The position numbers and the translations under genes are program-made. Shown in pieces: positions 19,845-31,333 of a stretch of 64,000 nucleotides of DNA (its first letter is position 1; every line of letters starts with the position of its first letter). Under the pieces are notes generated by a model. It saw only the letters and a list, made by a program, of their open reading frames with translations. It searched no databases and was not told where the DNA came from. Location: the NCBI GenBank assembly GCA_963754925.1, contig CAVWHX010000003.1:64001-128000 (forward strand). Direction: 5' to 3'. Source of the DNA: an uncultured delta proteobacterium. Its GTDB lineage: Bacteria > Myxococcota > B64-G9.

Positions 19845-20270
19845 TTATTTTTCGAGGCGAACGGCTTTGATGACTTCAGAGGTTTTGGCGTTGATTTCAA
19901 CCTGGTACGCTGGAGATCCCTTTAGGTCGCTTTTACTATCGAAGGTCACTTCGTAGACATCCTCGAAAAATGAAACTCTCGGGACGAAATCCCGGCAGTC
20001 GATTCCCTTCTGGGTCAACGCCAGTTCTGCCAGGTCCACGGCCATCTCGCCGTTCGGAACCGGCTCTCCTTGATTCAAACTTGGGCTCCTTTCGAGAATG
20101 ACGATCTCGCGCGCCGGCTGAGGATGCGGGCTTTTACCAGTCGCGCAGTCAGCCAGCCACGAGCCGATAATAATCCAACCGATTACCGTGGATACCGTGA
20201 GCGTAACGGAACGATGTATCCCACCGGCCCGAATTTTGGCGGTTCCAATACCGTCATTGAATTGTTTCAT
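19845..20270 (-). CDS. Small membrane-anchored/exported protein, PepSY-like C-terminus
   Basis: Hydrophobic segment followed by YEVTF...YQVEINAKTSEVIK; RBS GGAGG. Confidence 0.45.
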   Translation of the reverse strand: MKQFNDGIGTAKIRAGGIHRSVTLTVSTVIGWIIIGSWLADCATGKSPHPQPAREIVILERSPSLNQGEPVPNGEMAVDLAELALTQKGIDCRDFVPRVSFFEDVYEVTFDSKSDLKGSPAYQVEINAKTSEVIKAVRLEK

Positions 20271-20312
20271 GTGAATCCCTCCCTGGCGATACTATGGACT
20301 TCACCCCACGAC

Positions 20313-20909
20313 CTATAGACACCCAATTGCTTTCAATTTCCTCTCACATTGTTTTTGATTCTCAAACTTGATCGTTACCATGCCAACATGAGCAGCAGCC
20401 TCAATATTTCTTTCCACGTCATCAATAAAAACTGTTTCATGAGCAATCAAATGATAGGTATTCAAAAGATTGTGATAAATTCCCGGTTCCGGCTTGATCA
20501 GATGCAGGCGGCAGGAAATGACCATACCGTCGAAGATCTTGAGAAATTGGTGCTGTGCTATAAGATAATCAATTGATTCTTTATGCATATTCGAAAGGAC
20601 GAACAGTGTATGGCCTTTTTCTTTGAGTCGAAAGAGGAGGTCAATGGTATCAGGAATCGGGACTAGACGCGAAGGGACCAGTTTGAACAAGGCTTCAACT
20701 TTTGAGATAGCTAAACCGGTGCGTTGCGCCGCTCGTTTGACGGCCTCATCGCGAACAAGAGTTCCCCTATCTAATTCAAACCAATCCTGATGATTGAAAA
20801 TCCCCTCGATCGCTTTCCGCCGGTCGTTAACATCAGAAAAGACTTCAGCCGCCAACTCTTCCGGCGCCCACCGAAATACAACTCCTCCAAAATCAAAAAC
20901 AACATTCAT
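20313..20909 (-). CDS. HAD-family hydrolase/phosphatase
   Basis: VVFDFGGV (motif I), LSN, IKPEPGIY and FIDD. Confidence 0.9.
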   Translation of the reverse strand: MNVVFDFGGVVFRWAPEELAAEVFSDVNDRRKAIEGIFNHQDWFELDRGTLVRDEAVKRAAQRTGLAISKVEALFKLVPSRLVPIPDTIDLLFRLKEKGHTLFVLSNMHKESIDYLIAQHQFLKIFDGMVISCRLHLIKPEPGIYHNLLNTYHLIAHETVFIDDVERNIEAAAHVGMVTIKFENQKQCERKLKAIGCL

Positions 20910-21004
20910 GATGTCTCCCGTTCCCGAAGAGAGAGCATAGTATAACAAACATTTCATAGGGCAAAATAAGTCTCTCTTTGGGATAGGGAACGGGGTAAGG
21001 GAAA

Positions 21005-21679
21005 TTACTTCAACATGTTCAGCAGCTGCTCTGATACCTCCTTAACCCCGGGCCGACCATCAATTTCGAGAACCTTAACCTTGGACTTGAAGTAACCGAC
21101 CGCAGCTAAGGTTCCGGTCGTGGCGTCGTAGTAAATACCATGGCGCTTATCGATAGCCGTCTCATCCTGATCATCGGCTCGGGTAGTCAAGCTCTCGCAG
21201 CCGCAGACCCGGCAAATCGGCTTGCCGTTTTTCTCCGCCGGCTTGATGGCGTCAATGAAGATGTTATTAGGATGGTTATTGTCTTTCGCGCACAGGCGTC
21301 GGCCCATAATGCGCTTCTTCGCGATATCGCGATCGAGGACGATCTCGATTACGTAGTCCAACTTGATCTTTTCCTTTTTCAGGGCCTTCCCCAGGGCCTC
21401 GGCCTGAGCCAGATTGCGTGGAAAACCATCCAGAAGCCAGCCGCTCGCGCAATCCGTGGCTTTAAGGCGATTGAGGATCATCGGAATGGTGATTTCGTCC
21501 GGAACCAGCTCACCGCGGTCGATATATTCTTTCGCCTTCTTACCGAGATCGGTACCCCCTTTGATATTCTCCCTGAATATGACACCGGTTTCGATGTGCG
21601 GCACGTTGAACTTTTTTTGCACGATGGCGCCCTGCGTGCCCTTGCCACTGCCGTTGGGTCCAAAGATGAGAATGTTCAT
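21005..21679 (-). CDS. adk: Adenylate kinase with metal-binding LID
   Basis: GPNGSGKGTQ, GELVPD and LLDGFPR; LID motif C-x5-H-x19-C-x2-C. Confidence 0.96.
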   Translation of the reverse strand: MNILIFGPNGSGKGTQGAIVQKKFNVPHIETGVIFRENIKGGTDLGKKAKEYIDRGELVPDEITIPMILNRLKATDCASGWLLDGFPRNLAQAEALGKALKKEKIKLDYVIEIVLDRDIAKKRIMGRRLCAKDNNHPNNIFIDAIKPAEKNGKPICRVCGCESLTTRADDQDETAIDKRHGIYYDATTGTLAAVGYFKSKVKVLEIDGRPGVKEVSEQLLNMLK

Positions 21680-21820
21680 TGCACGAACTCCTTTTGCGTA
21701 TCAGTTTTATTAATGGTATCTGCGCGTACTTCAATTCGATGCCAACCCTACCCCCAAATTGACCCCCGCGTCAACGATCGTTAATATCTTGTCATTCCCG
21801 AAGATTCCAACGCCCTTTGT

Positions 21821-22747
21821 CTAGGCCCGCGGGTGAAAGCGATCGTAGACCTGGCGCAGACGTTGGGTAGTGATATGGGTGTAGATCTCAGTCGTGGAAA
21901 GGTCGGCATGCCCGAGCAGCGCCTGCACGCTGCGCAAATCGGCGCCGCGTTCGAGCAGGTGGGTGGCAAACGAATGGCGCAATTTATGCGGAGAAATAGC
22001 GCGCCTGATGCCAGCCGCAACCGCATAGCGTTTGAGTATCACCCAGAAGCTTTGGCGCGTCATCCCGGTCCCGCGGGCCGTTACAAACAGGTATGGCGTG
22101 CGTCGGCCCTTGAGCAAGGTTTCGCGCGCCATGGCAAGATAGTTTTCTATCGCCGTCTGGGCCTGTTCGCCGAGCGGCACCAGCCGCTCTTTGCGGCGTT
22201 TGCCGAACGCTCGCACCACGCCCAGGCGCCGATCGAGCGCGTCAACGGTCAACCCGACCAGTTCCGAGACGCGCACTCCCGACGCGTAGAGCGTTTCGAG
22301 CATGGCTTTATCCCGCAGAGAACGCGGGTTGTCACCTTTCGGCTGAGCCAGCAAATCGTCGACCTCACTCATTGAAAGGAACTCGGGGAGCCGATGCGCC
22401 ATCTTGGGCATTTCAACGTCCCGGGTCGGGTCGTTGGTGCCGTACCCCTCGCCCACCAAGAAACGATAGCAGGAGCGCAACGCCGAAAGCAGCCGAGCCT
22501 GTGAGCGCACCCCGAGCTTCTGTTTGTGCAAACTCTTAAGAAATTCAACGATATCGAGGGGAGTTACGTCGGCGAAGCTCTGCCGCCCGGCGCGCCCAGC
22601 AAACGCAATCAACTTATCGAGATCGCGACGATACGCTTCCAGAGTGTTTGGGCTAACATTGCGTTCCACCGTCAGGTGATGAAGGTAGAGATGTGCTTCG
22701 GTTTCAAAACGCCCGGTGGGTTTATCTGGTGAAGCGTTTCGTCCCAA
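21821..22747 (-). CDS. xerD: Site-specific tyrosine recombinase XerD
   Basis: NTLEAYRRDL, LYASGVRVSEL, SPHKLRHSFATHLL, LLGHADLSTTEIYT; housekeeping context. Confidence 0.92.
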   Translation of the reverse strand: MGRNASPDKPTGRFETEAHLYLHHLTVERNVSPNTLEAYRRDLDKLIAFAGRAGRQSFADVTPLDIVEFLKSLHKQKLGVRSQARLLSALRSCYRFLVGEGYGTNDPTRDVEMPKMAHRLPEFLSMSEVDDLLAQPKGDNPRSLRDKAMLETLYASGVRVSELVGLTVDALDRRLGVVRAFGKRRKERLVPLGEQAQTAIENYLAMARETLLKGRRTPYLFVTARGTGMTRQSFWVILKRYAVAAGIRRAISPHKLRHSFATHLLERGADLRSVQALLGHADLSTTEIYTHITTQRLRQVYDRFHPRA

Positions 22748-22750
22748 ACA

Positions 22751-24538
22751 TCATCCTCCCTCTAATCCAATCGCTTTGTTTCGCTCGACGACGAAGTTTT
22801 TAATGCCAACGTAAACTGCCTCAGCTAACGACTGGCGGTAGTTTTTACTATGGAGCCGCTTCTCGTCTTCTGGGTTAGAGATAAACGAGGCCTCAACCAA
22901 AACCGCCGGCATACGCGCGCCCATGAGAACATAAAACAGCGCATACTTCAGCCCCAAGTCGTTGACATGGTCAACGGTGCGCCTAAGAATGCCCACAACC
23001 GCACGCTGTATCTGTTGACCAAGCGCAATCGAGTCATCGACGTGCGACTTCAGCGCCAAGTCGGCCAGAATAAGTTGGAGTTGAGAAATCGATTTCTCAG
23101 AGGTGGCATTCTCGCGGGCGGCAAGACGCAGGCTTACATCATCGTTCGAAATGTCGAGATAGAATGTCTGAACGCCGCTCAACGTATGGTTGCGGGCGGC
23201 GTTGAGATGGATTGAGACAAACAGATCCGCTTTTTTAGTATTTGCAAAAGCGGTGCGTTCCTCAAGGGCGACAAAGGTATCCGTATCGCGAGTAAGGTAG
23301 ACCTCGACCTTAAGGTTATCGCGTATCAAGGCGGCGAGCCGCTTGGCGATATCGAGCGTTAAGTCTTTTTCCAGCGCGCCCGAAGGTCCGATGGCACCGG
23401 GATCGCTGCCGCCGTGACCAGGATCGATCACAATGCGTTTGACCTTCAATCCAGCCAACATCGACAGTGACCGACCGGGACTGCTCTTGGGCACATGGAG
23501 CGATTTGACGGCCTTTGGCTCTGGCTCTTTAACCTCCGCTTTACCCAAAACCTGCGTGTTCTGGTTGTCACTCACGCCAAGATCCACCACCACCCGGGCA
23601 GGATCGTCCATGGGAATGACCCGTTGTTCGCGCTCCTGATCCAGCTCAATGACCACCCGAACAGTGCTGTCGTCCCGTGCCGCGCAGCGAACGCGCTTAA
23701 CAATCCCATCCCCCGCGACGATATCTTGGTTGAGATCCGGACTGAGTTCGGTATTGAGTAAATCGACATACATTCGAACCGGTTGATTGGCGGTTGTATC
23801 AACGGGCAGCGCGCCCACGCGAAACTGGGCCGGGGTTCTGGTATACAGGACCAGGCGACTATACCCCGGATCGCTCCAGTAACGAATTTCCTCCAATACC
23901 GATTTTTCAGACGCCACAGAAGGCTCGGCCTGAGATTCAAGCGAGACCTTGGGTGGCTTGGGTGCGGGAGGCGTGGCGGCTTTAGGAGGTGGTCCTTCGC
24001 CTTCGGCTGACTCTTCCCCGAGATCTTCAAGCATCTGGTGTGCCTTGGCCACCATATCGCCTTTGGGGAAGCTCTTGAGCAAATACTCAAGTTCGGCTTT
24101 GGCCTGTTTGGGATTCTTGCGAAACTCCACAAACACCAACGCAATGGTTAATTGGGCGTCATCGGCGAGATGGTGACGAGGGTACTCCTTCACCAGGCGT
24201 CGAAAGGCGGCGAGCGACTGATCGAGATCTTCCGCCAGGCGCGAGATGCGGTACAGATTGAGGTTGAGCTTGCCTATCGAGAACAACGCCTCGGGTGCGT
24301 GCGAATTGTTCGGATACTTCTTGATAAAACGTTCGAAGGCTCGGGCGCAATTTTGGAAGTTATGACGATACTGCTGCCGTTTTTGATCGTCTTTAAACTG
24401 TCGGTAGTTGGCCCTGATTTTTTGGTAGAGATCCTCGGGATCGTCGACCGCCATGCTGTTAGCAGACACGGCCATTAACGCCGTGAGCGCAATAACTATT
24501 TCAATAGCCCAGAAACGATAGCTGCGTTTGACCATCAT
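22751..24538 (-). CDS. N-acetylmuramoyl-L-alanine amidase with TPR and AMIN domains
   Basis: Signal peptide, TPR-like N-terminus, AMIN-like RVVIEL, then IDPGHGG, LFVSIHLN and VLVEASFISN. ATGA overlap with mutS. Confidence 0.92.
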   Translation of the reverse strand: MMVKRSYRFWAIEIVIALTALMAVSANSMAVDDPEDLYQKIRANYRQFKDDQKRQQYRHNFQNCARAFERFIKKYPNNSHAPEALFSIGKLNLNLYRISRLAEDLDQSLAAFRRLVKEYPRHHLADDAQLTIALVFVEFRKNPKQAKAELEYLLKSFPKGDMVAKAHQMLEDLGEESAEGEGPPPKAATPPAPKPPKVSLESQAEPSVASEKSVLEEIRYWSDPGYSRLVLYTRTPAQFRVGALPVDTTANQPVRMYVDLLNTELSPDLNQDIVAGDGIVKRVRCAARDDSTVRVVIELDQEREQRVIPMDDPARVVVDLGVSDNQNTQVLGKAEVKEPEPKAVKSLHVPKSSPGRSLSMLAGLKVKRIVIDPGHGGSDPGAIGPSGALEKDLTLDIAKRLAALIRDNLKVEVYLTRDTDTFVALEERTAFANTKKADLFVSIHLNAARNHTLSGVQTFYLDISNDDVSLRLAARENATSEKSISQLQLILADLALKSHVDDSIALGQQIQRAVVGILRRTVDHVNDLGLKYALFYVLMGARMPAVLVEASFISNPEDEKRLHSKNYRQSLAEAVYVGIKNFVVERNKAIGLEGG

Positions 24539-27159
24539 GTCCCTTTCCACCGATGCAGCAGTGTTAACGCATCCAAGGGCGTGAGGGTATCAAGATCAAG
24601 CTGTAACAGCTCCTCCTCGATGGCGGAACGAGAGGGTGATTGGCCAAAGAGCTGCATCTGGCCGTAAGAAGGCTCGCTGCCATCGATCGAGCGCGAGAGT
24701 CGCGGGGCGCCCAACTCATCGTACTCTTGTCCCTCGAGGTTTCTGAGAATCTCCCGGGCGCGCTCGATGACCTCCTCGGGCAATCCGGCGAGCTTGCCCA
24801 CCTGAATACCGTACGATCGGTTCGAAATCCCCTTGACCAACCGACGCAGAAAGATAATGCGTTCGCGCCATTCCTTGACGCTGATGGTGTAGTTGACGAC
24901 ACGACCTTTCGTCAGCGCGAGATCGGCAAGTTGGTGGTAATGGGTGGCAAAGAGCGCGCGGCTGCCGATCCGGTCGTGAATATACTCGGCTACCGCCCAT
25001 GCGATGCTGACGCCGTCGAAGGTGCTCGTCCCGCGGCCTATCTCATCCAGGATCAGGAGACTGCGACGCGTGGCGTTGCGTAGAATTTGAGCGGTCTCGA
25101 TCATTTCGACCATGAAGGTGCTCTGGCCACGGGTCAGGTTGTCGGCCGCGCCGATGCGCGTGAAGATATGATCCACCAGTCCAATTCGTGCGCCGGTAGC
25201 CGGAACAAACGAGCCCATCTGCGCCATGATGACGGTCAGCGCCGCCTGCCGAATTACGGTCGACTTCCCGGCCATATTGGGCCCGGTGATCACGAGGAGC
25301 TGCTCACGCTCGCAGTCCAGGTGCAGATCATTCGGTACAAACCGTTCGTTGGTCAGCGAAAGCTCGACCACCGGATGACGGCCGTCGCGTATATCTATCT
25401 GCTCACTCTCGTCAACCACCGGACGGCAGTAGCCGTTCTGGGCCGCAATCTCGGCCAATGCGGCGAGCGCATCGCTCATCGAAAGCTGCCCGGCTATTCG
25501 AAGTATACGGTCGGCATCCTGACGCACCCGCCCGACCAGCTCGCCGAAAAGTTGCCGCTCGAGCGACACGCGCTCCTCGTGGGCGGTCAACACCGCCTCT
25601 TCTTGAGCTTTAAGCTCGGCGGTTTCAAACCGCTCGGCGTTCGCCGTGGTCTGCTTGCGGCGGTAGTCGGTCGGCACCAAGTGCAGATTGGCTTTGGTCA
25701 CTTCGATGTAGTAGCCAAAAACGCGATTGTACCGAATCTTGAGCGAGCCGATTCCGGTCCGCCGTCGTTCGTGTTGTTCCAATTGCGCGATGATATCTCG
25801 ACCGGAGGTGGACAAGCGCTGTAACTCGTCGAGGCGCGCGTGGTAGCCAGGCCGGATAGCCCCACCCTCCTCAAGATCGATCGGCGGCTCGTCCACCAAC
25901 GCAGCGTCCAGCACTGCCCGCAGCTCCGGCGCGCAATCGATCGGTCCGATGAGCCGCGCCAGCGCTCCCTCGCGCTGGCGTTCGACAATCTCGCGCCAGG
26001 CAGGCAATTCCCTCAGCGACGCGCGCAGAGAACCCAGGTCGCGGGGGTTGGCCTGGCCCGCCGAGATCTTTCCGAGGAGGCGTTCGAGGTCGCGGATGGC
26101 ACCGAGCCGTTCGCGCAGATCGTGGCGGACGACCCCGTCCTCGACCAGTTGCGCGACGGCGTCGACACGGTCGCGGATGCGCTCGACCGATACCATCGGA
26201 AACAACGTCCAGTCACGCAATCGCCGCGCCCCCATGGGCGTTCGGGTGCGATCGAGCACCCCCAACAGCGAACCCTGACGGTGGCCTTCCATCAGGGTGC
26301 GTGTTAACTCGAGGTTTGCAACCGACGCCTCGTCGATGACCACATACTCGCTTATCTGGTAGGGCACAATTCGGCGCACATGATTAAGCGCCTTGGGCAG
26401 ACTGGCATGGGCATAGGCAAAAGCCGCCTGCGCAGCGGCCAACCCCAGCGGTAGCTTGTGTAACCCTGTCCGCGTTAGCTCGGGCTCTGGAAATGACGAC
26501 AAAAACAGCTGCCGCACGTCTTCCCGCTCGGCGCTCAGATCGGTAAACTTCAAGAACAAGCCCCTGAACCGACCTCGCACCTCGTCGACCAACGGCGTGC
26601 GTTCGAATGAAACCGGCACCAACAGTTCGCGTGGCCGAACCCGCGCGAGCTCATCAAACAAGGCCTGGCGGCTTTCGACTTCCGTCAGCCGGAAATCGGC
26701 GGTGGATACATCCAGGAAGGCGAAGCCCATGCGCCCACTATCAGCGATGCTCAGAGCGCCCAGATAATTTGATTCGCTGGCATTGAGATCATCCGGGTCG
26801 ATAATCATCCCGGGAGACACTACCCGCACGACCTCCCGGCGCACAATACCTTTAGCAAGCTTGGGGTCCTCCACCTGATCGCAAACAGCCACTTTGTAGC
26901 CTTCTGCAACCAGCTTCGCGATGTACCCGTTGGCCGAAAAATATGGCACGCCGCACATGGCAACGGCGTCATCGCCCTTGCTGCGCGAGGTCAACGTAAG
27001 ATCGAGCACCCGTGAAGCTAACTCAGCATCCTCAAAAAACATTTCGTAAAAATCACCCAGGCGGAAAAACAGAACGCAGTCCGGGTAGGCCTGTTTTTGC
27101 TCGAGATACTGACGTATCATGGGCGTTTGCTTTATAACATCTGGAGATCCGTTGGACAT
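24535..27159 (-). CDS. mutS: DNA mismatch repair protein MutS
   Basis: TPMIRQY, FRLGDFYEMF, TGPNMAGKST, LDEIGRGTST, ATHYH and SYGIQV; 874 aa. Confidence 0.99.
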   Translation of the reverse strand: MSNGSPDVIKQTPMIRQYLEQKQAYPDCVLFFRLGDFYEMFFEDAELASRVLDLTLTSRSKGDDAVAMCGVPYFSANGYIAKLVAEGYKVAVCDQVEDPKLAKGIVRREVVRVVSPGMIIDPDDLNASESNYLGALSIADSGRMGFAFLDVSTADFRLTEVESRQALFDELARVRPRELLVPVSFERTPLVDEVRGRFRGLFLKFTDLSAEREDVRQLFLSSFPEPELTRTGLHKLPLGLAAAQAAFAYAHASLPKALNHVRRIVPYQISEYVVIDEASVANLELTRTLMEGHRQGSLLGVLDRTRTPMGARRLRDWTLFPMVSVERIRDRVDAVAQLVEDGVVRHDLRERLGAIRDLERLLGKISAGQANPRDLGSLRASLRELPAWREIVERQREGALARLIGPIDCAPELRAVLDAALVDEPPIDLEEGGAIRPGYHARLDELQRLSTSGRDIIAQLEQHERRRTGIGSLKIRYNRVFGYYIEVTKANLHLVPTDYRRKQTTANAERFETAELKAQEEAVLTAHEERVSLERQLFGELVGRVRQDADRILRIAGQLSMSDALAALAEIAAQNGYCRPVVDESEQIDIRDGRHPVVELSLTNERFVPNDLHLDCEREQLLVITGPNMAGKSTVIRQAALTVIMAQMGSFVPATGARIGLVDHIFTRIGAADNLTRGQSTFMVEMIETAQILRNATRRSLLILDEIGRGTSTFDGVSIAWAVAEYIHDRIGSRALFATHYHQLADLALTKGRVVNYTISVKEWRERIIFLRRLVKGISNRSYGIQVGKLAGLPEEVIERAREILRNLEGQEYDELGAPRLSRSIDGSEPSYGQMQLFGQSPSRSAIEEELLQLDLDTLTPLDALTLLHRWKGT

Positions 27160-27230
27160 CAGACAACCTTTCGAGCTACCAAACCTCCCTATGCCCTATG
27201 GAATACTATAGCAATATTTTTATACAAGAC

Positions 27231-27287
27231 TCATCGCATTAAATGGCCGCCTTCAACGACAATGATATCACCGGTCATGTAGAATGA
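27231..27287 (-). pseudogene. C-terminal remnant of a short-chain dehydrogenase/reductase
   Basis: Manual minus-strand translation SFYMTGDIIVVEGGHLMR*, the typical SDR C-terminus. No N-terminal part is present. Confidence 0.65.
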
Positions 27288-27309
27288 TTGCGAGGGCGGA
27301 GATTAATAG

Positions 27310-27871
27310 CTACTTCCAGTCGGCTTCCCAAATGCAGCTTTTGTCTCCGCGGGTGCGGCAATGAGTTTCGACCGCATTAATTTCAGTGGCGCCACCCATT
27401 TTCAGAAATGTTGTGGCCCAACCGATATTAAGCCGGCATAGCTCCTCTGCCGGAGAAAGTTCGTAATCAACCAATTCGACTCGAACATGACCACGGGTTG
27501 GAGAGGCAATGCGTATTGATCCGGTATCGTGATACACGTTCCACAACTTGGCGCCACGGCGGAGCGTTCCTTCCGGATCGTTGGGTTTTATCAGACGAGA
27601 ATAGATAGAAGAAAGGTCTTGCTCCGCAGATATCCTGCCCATAAATACCCAGACGTCTTCTTCGAGACTGGGTGCTCTCTCCTTGATGATGATTGCGGCA
27701 GCTTTCATGAGATCAAACCAATCTTCTTCCGGGTACCACGTCGCAACCAGAATGCGTTCATCCAGATACTTGTACAGACGCACCGGGATGAGATCGAGCG
27801 CCCTCTTTTTGCTGTACTTGCGCAACGACTTGACCGTCATTGCCATCGCAGTCCCTTTAATCCTTAGCCAA
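27310..27871 (-). CDS. DUF2378/TIGR02265-like (V4R-like) myxobacterial-type protein; probable extra base just after a TTG start at 27871
   Basis: TWYP, LWNVYHDTG and C-terminal CRTRGDKSC.W. Removing one base from ttggctaaggattaaaggg gives MAKIKGTA behind a GGAG RBS. Confidence 0.65.
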
Positions 27872-28045
27872 GGCTTGCTCCCGTAGTCATCGGCCGGTCA
27901 CCCATACCCGTCCCCGTCGTGCATCAACACAGGGGATTCCTTGAGCCCTTTATGCGCTCTTTTCTCTCCATAACTGGTCGACCATTAGCATAGGGGGCAG
28001 GATATTTCAATAACCGTTGATGGTGCCGGAGGCTGAATGGTATGT

Positions 28046-29032
<987 letters not shown>

Positions 29033-29128
29033 CGCGCCCCTCCGGTAATAAATGGAAAAAAACAATATACAATAAATTGGAACCATGATTAAGTATATAA
29101 GCATTTGGCAGAAGGCAACAGAGGTTGT

Positions 29129-31132
29129 ATGTTCGATATTCTTTTCAGCCCCATCACCATCAACAAAACCGTTGTAAAAAATAGGATAACCTATCCGGCG
29201 CTCGGTCTTTTGTTCTCATATGATCGGAAGCTGAACGATAGGTACGTTCATTTTTTTGCCGAGCGTGCCCGCGGCGGGGCCGGCATCGTCACCGTGGGCC
29301 CGGTCGGATTCAATATTGTCGGTGGCGGTATCGGCACTCTCGGGCTGGATTCCGACAACGACATCCCGGACTTCGCCAAGCTCGCATCGGTCATCAAAAA
29401 GGAAGGCGCCCGGGCGTGGGTGCAGCTTTTTCACGCCGGTGCCTACTCCTATTCCAAGTTGACCGGCGGTCCGGATCCCATTGCGCCGTCGCCGGTCTAC
29501 TCATCGTATTCGAAACTTGTTCCGCGGGAAATGACGCTCGACGATATTCGAGAGACCCAAGAGGGATTCGTAAACGCCGCCGTCCGCGTCCAAAAGGCCG
29601 GCTTCGACGGGGTAGAAATAATCGCTTCAGCCGGCTATCTGATCACGCAGTTTTTATCGCCTCTTAAGAACAAGCGCACCGATCGGTACGGCGGAAGCTT
29701 CGAAAACCGCACCCGCTTTCCGCGTGAAATACTTGAGATGATGCGCGGCAAACTGGGACCCGATTATCCCATTTCTATACGGATGGCCGGTAACGACTTC
29801 GTCGCGGGAAGCAACACGAGTATCGAAACCCCGGAAATCGCAAAGGTGTATGAAAAGGCGGGTGTAAACCTCATCAGCGTCACCGGCGGCTGGCACGAGG
29901 CTCACGTACCGCAGCTTCCTATGGATGCGCCGCGGTTGGTTTTTTCCTACCTGGCTCAAAATATTAAACGCGCCGTCTCGGTGCCCGTGGCCGCATCTAA
30001 CCGGATAACCGATCCTCGATTGGCCGAGCAGCTTATCAAAGACGGCTTCTGCGATATGGTTAAACTTGGCTCGGATTCTCATCGCCGATCCCTTTTGGCC
30101 CGCCAAGGCGGCCCAAGGCCGTGTCAAAGAGATACGGCCGTGTGTGGCCTGCAACCAGGGCTGCACGGACAGCCTGTTTAGCGGCAACTCTGTTTATTGC
30201 ATTGCAAATCCAAGGGCCGGTTACGAGGGCGAACGGAACCTGGCAACAGCCGCATCACAGAAAAAGATCATGGTCATCGGCGCCGGGCCGGCCGGCTTGG
30301 AAGCGGCGGTCCGCGCGGCGGAGGCAGGCCATGAAGTTGAGCTTTATGATAAGGCAAATAGGATAGGCGGCCAACTGTGGATCGCGGCCACGCCGCCTCA
30401 TAAGCATGAGGTGCGTAAGCTCATCCCCTACTATGAGGCTTTATTAAGAAATACGATATTAACGTTTTTCTAGGACGAGAAGTGACCGTGGACCTCATCA
30501 ACGGGAAAAAGCCCGACCATGTTATCGTGGCCGAGGGCGCCGAACCGCTCGTACCGCCCATCGATGGAATTGATGACCCGAACGTCTTATCCGCCTGGGA
30601 CGTACTGAAGAATGATCCGATGGTCGGCACTGCTATTGCCATCATTGGCGGTGGGGCCGTGGGGCTCGAGACCGCCGAATTCCTCGCCGCGAAAGGAACG
30701 TTGTCTCCTGAAACGCTGCATTTTCTTTTTCTCTACGAGGCCGAGACGGTAGAGCGGCTGCGGGAGCTGTGTACCCGGGGAAATAAAAAAGTGACGGTAT
30801 TTGAGATGCTTCCCAAGGCGGCTCAAAACGTGGGTAGATCCACCCGTTGGGTCTTGTTGAGCAATGTGAAACGGTACGGCATCGACGTCATAACCAACGC
30901 CACGGTGAGGTCGATACAGAACGGTACGGTAACCTTCGAACGCAATGGCAACACCGTATCGATGCACTTTGATACCGTCGTAAACGCCGTCGGCTCCCGT
31001 GCCGTGCGCACTATAGCCGACGCCATTTCACAACTCGGCATTCCTTACACGATTATCGGCGACTGCGACAAGCCGGCGCAGATCGACAAGGCGATCCACG
31101 AGGGATTCATGGCGGTGATGGATCTGAAGTGA
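29129..31132 (+). CDS. NADH:flavin oxidoreductase, 2,4-dienoyl-CoA reductase (FadH)-like (apparent indels near 30063 and 30446)
   Basis: OYE barrel ([23 protein letters not shown]), CVACNQGC Fe-S motif, [10 protein letters not shown] and IGGGAVGLE across three consecutive ORFs. Confidence 0.88.
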
Positions 31133-31190
31133 CAACGCGTTTGGGTTGGTTGTTACAAAACTATGGAAAATTTATATAACAACTTCCTAG

Positions 31191-31309
31191 TTCCCAATTA
31201 CGCTGGAATGACAACTAATCCTTTTCCTGGATCCCCGCCTGCGCGGGGATGACGTATCATACTAAGACTAGAGGGTGATTTTGTCATCCCCGCGCAGGCG
31301 GGGATCCAG
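31191..31309. repeat. REP-like palindromic element pair
   Basis: Perfect 27-bp inverted repeat CTGGATCCCCGCCTGCGCGGGGATGAC (31227-31253 / 31283-31309), each copy itself palindromic. Degenerate third copy at 31191-31212. Lies between convergent genes. Confidence 0.85.
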
Positions 31310-31333
31310 TAATTGTGATAGGTATACCTACGG

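Noticed and set aside
21821..22747. Tyrosine recombinase as a prophage/island integrase
   Set aside because: XerD-type sequence coupled to the mutS-amidase housekeeping operon; no att sites or mobile genes beside it.
31191..31309. Palindromic repeats as a type I-E CRISPR array (superficial CCCCGCG..GCGGGG similarity)
   Set aside because: The two good copies are inverted, not direct; only 2-3 units and no cas genes.
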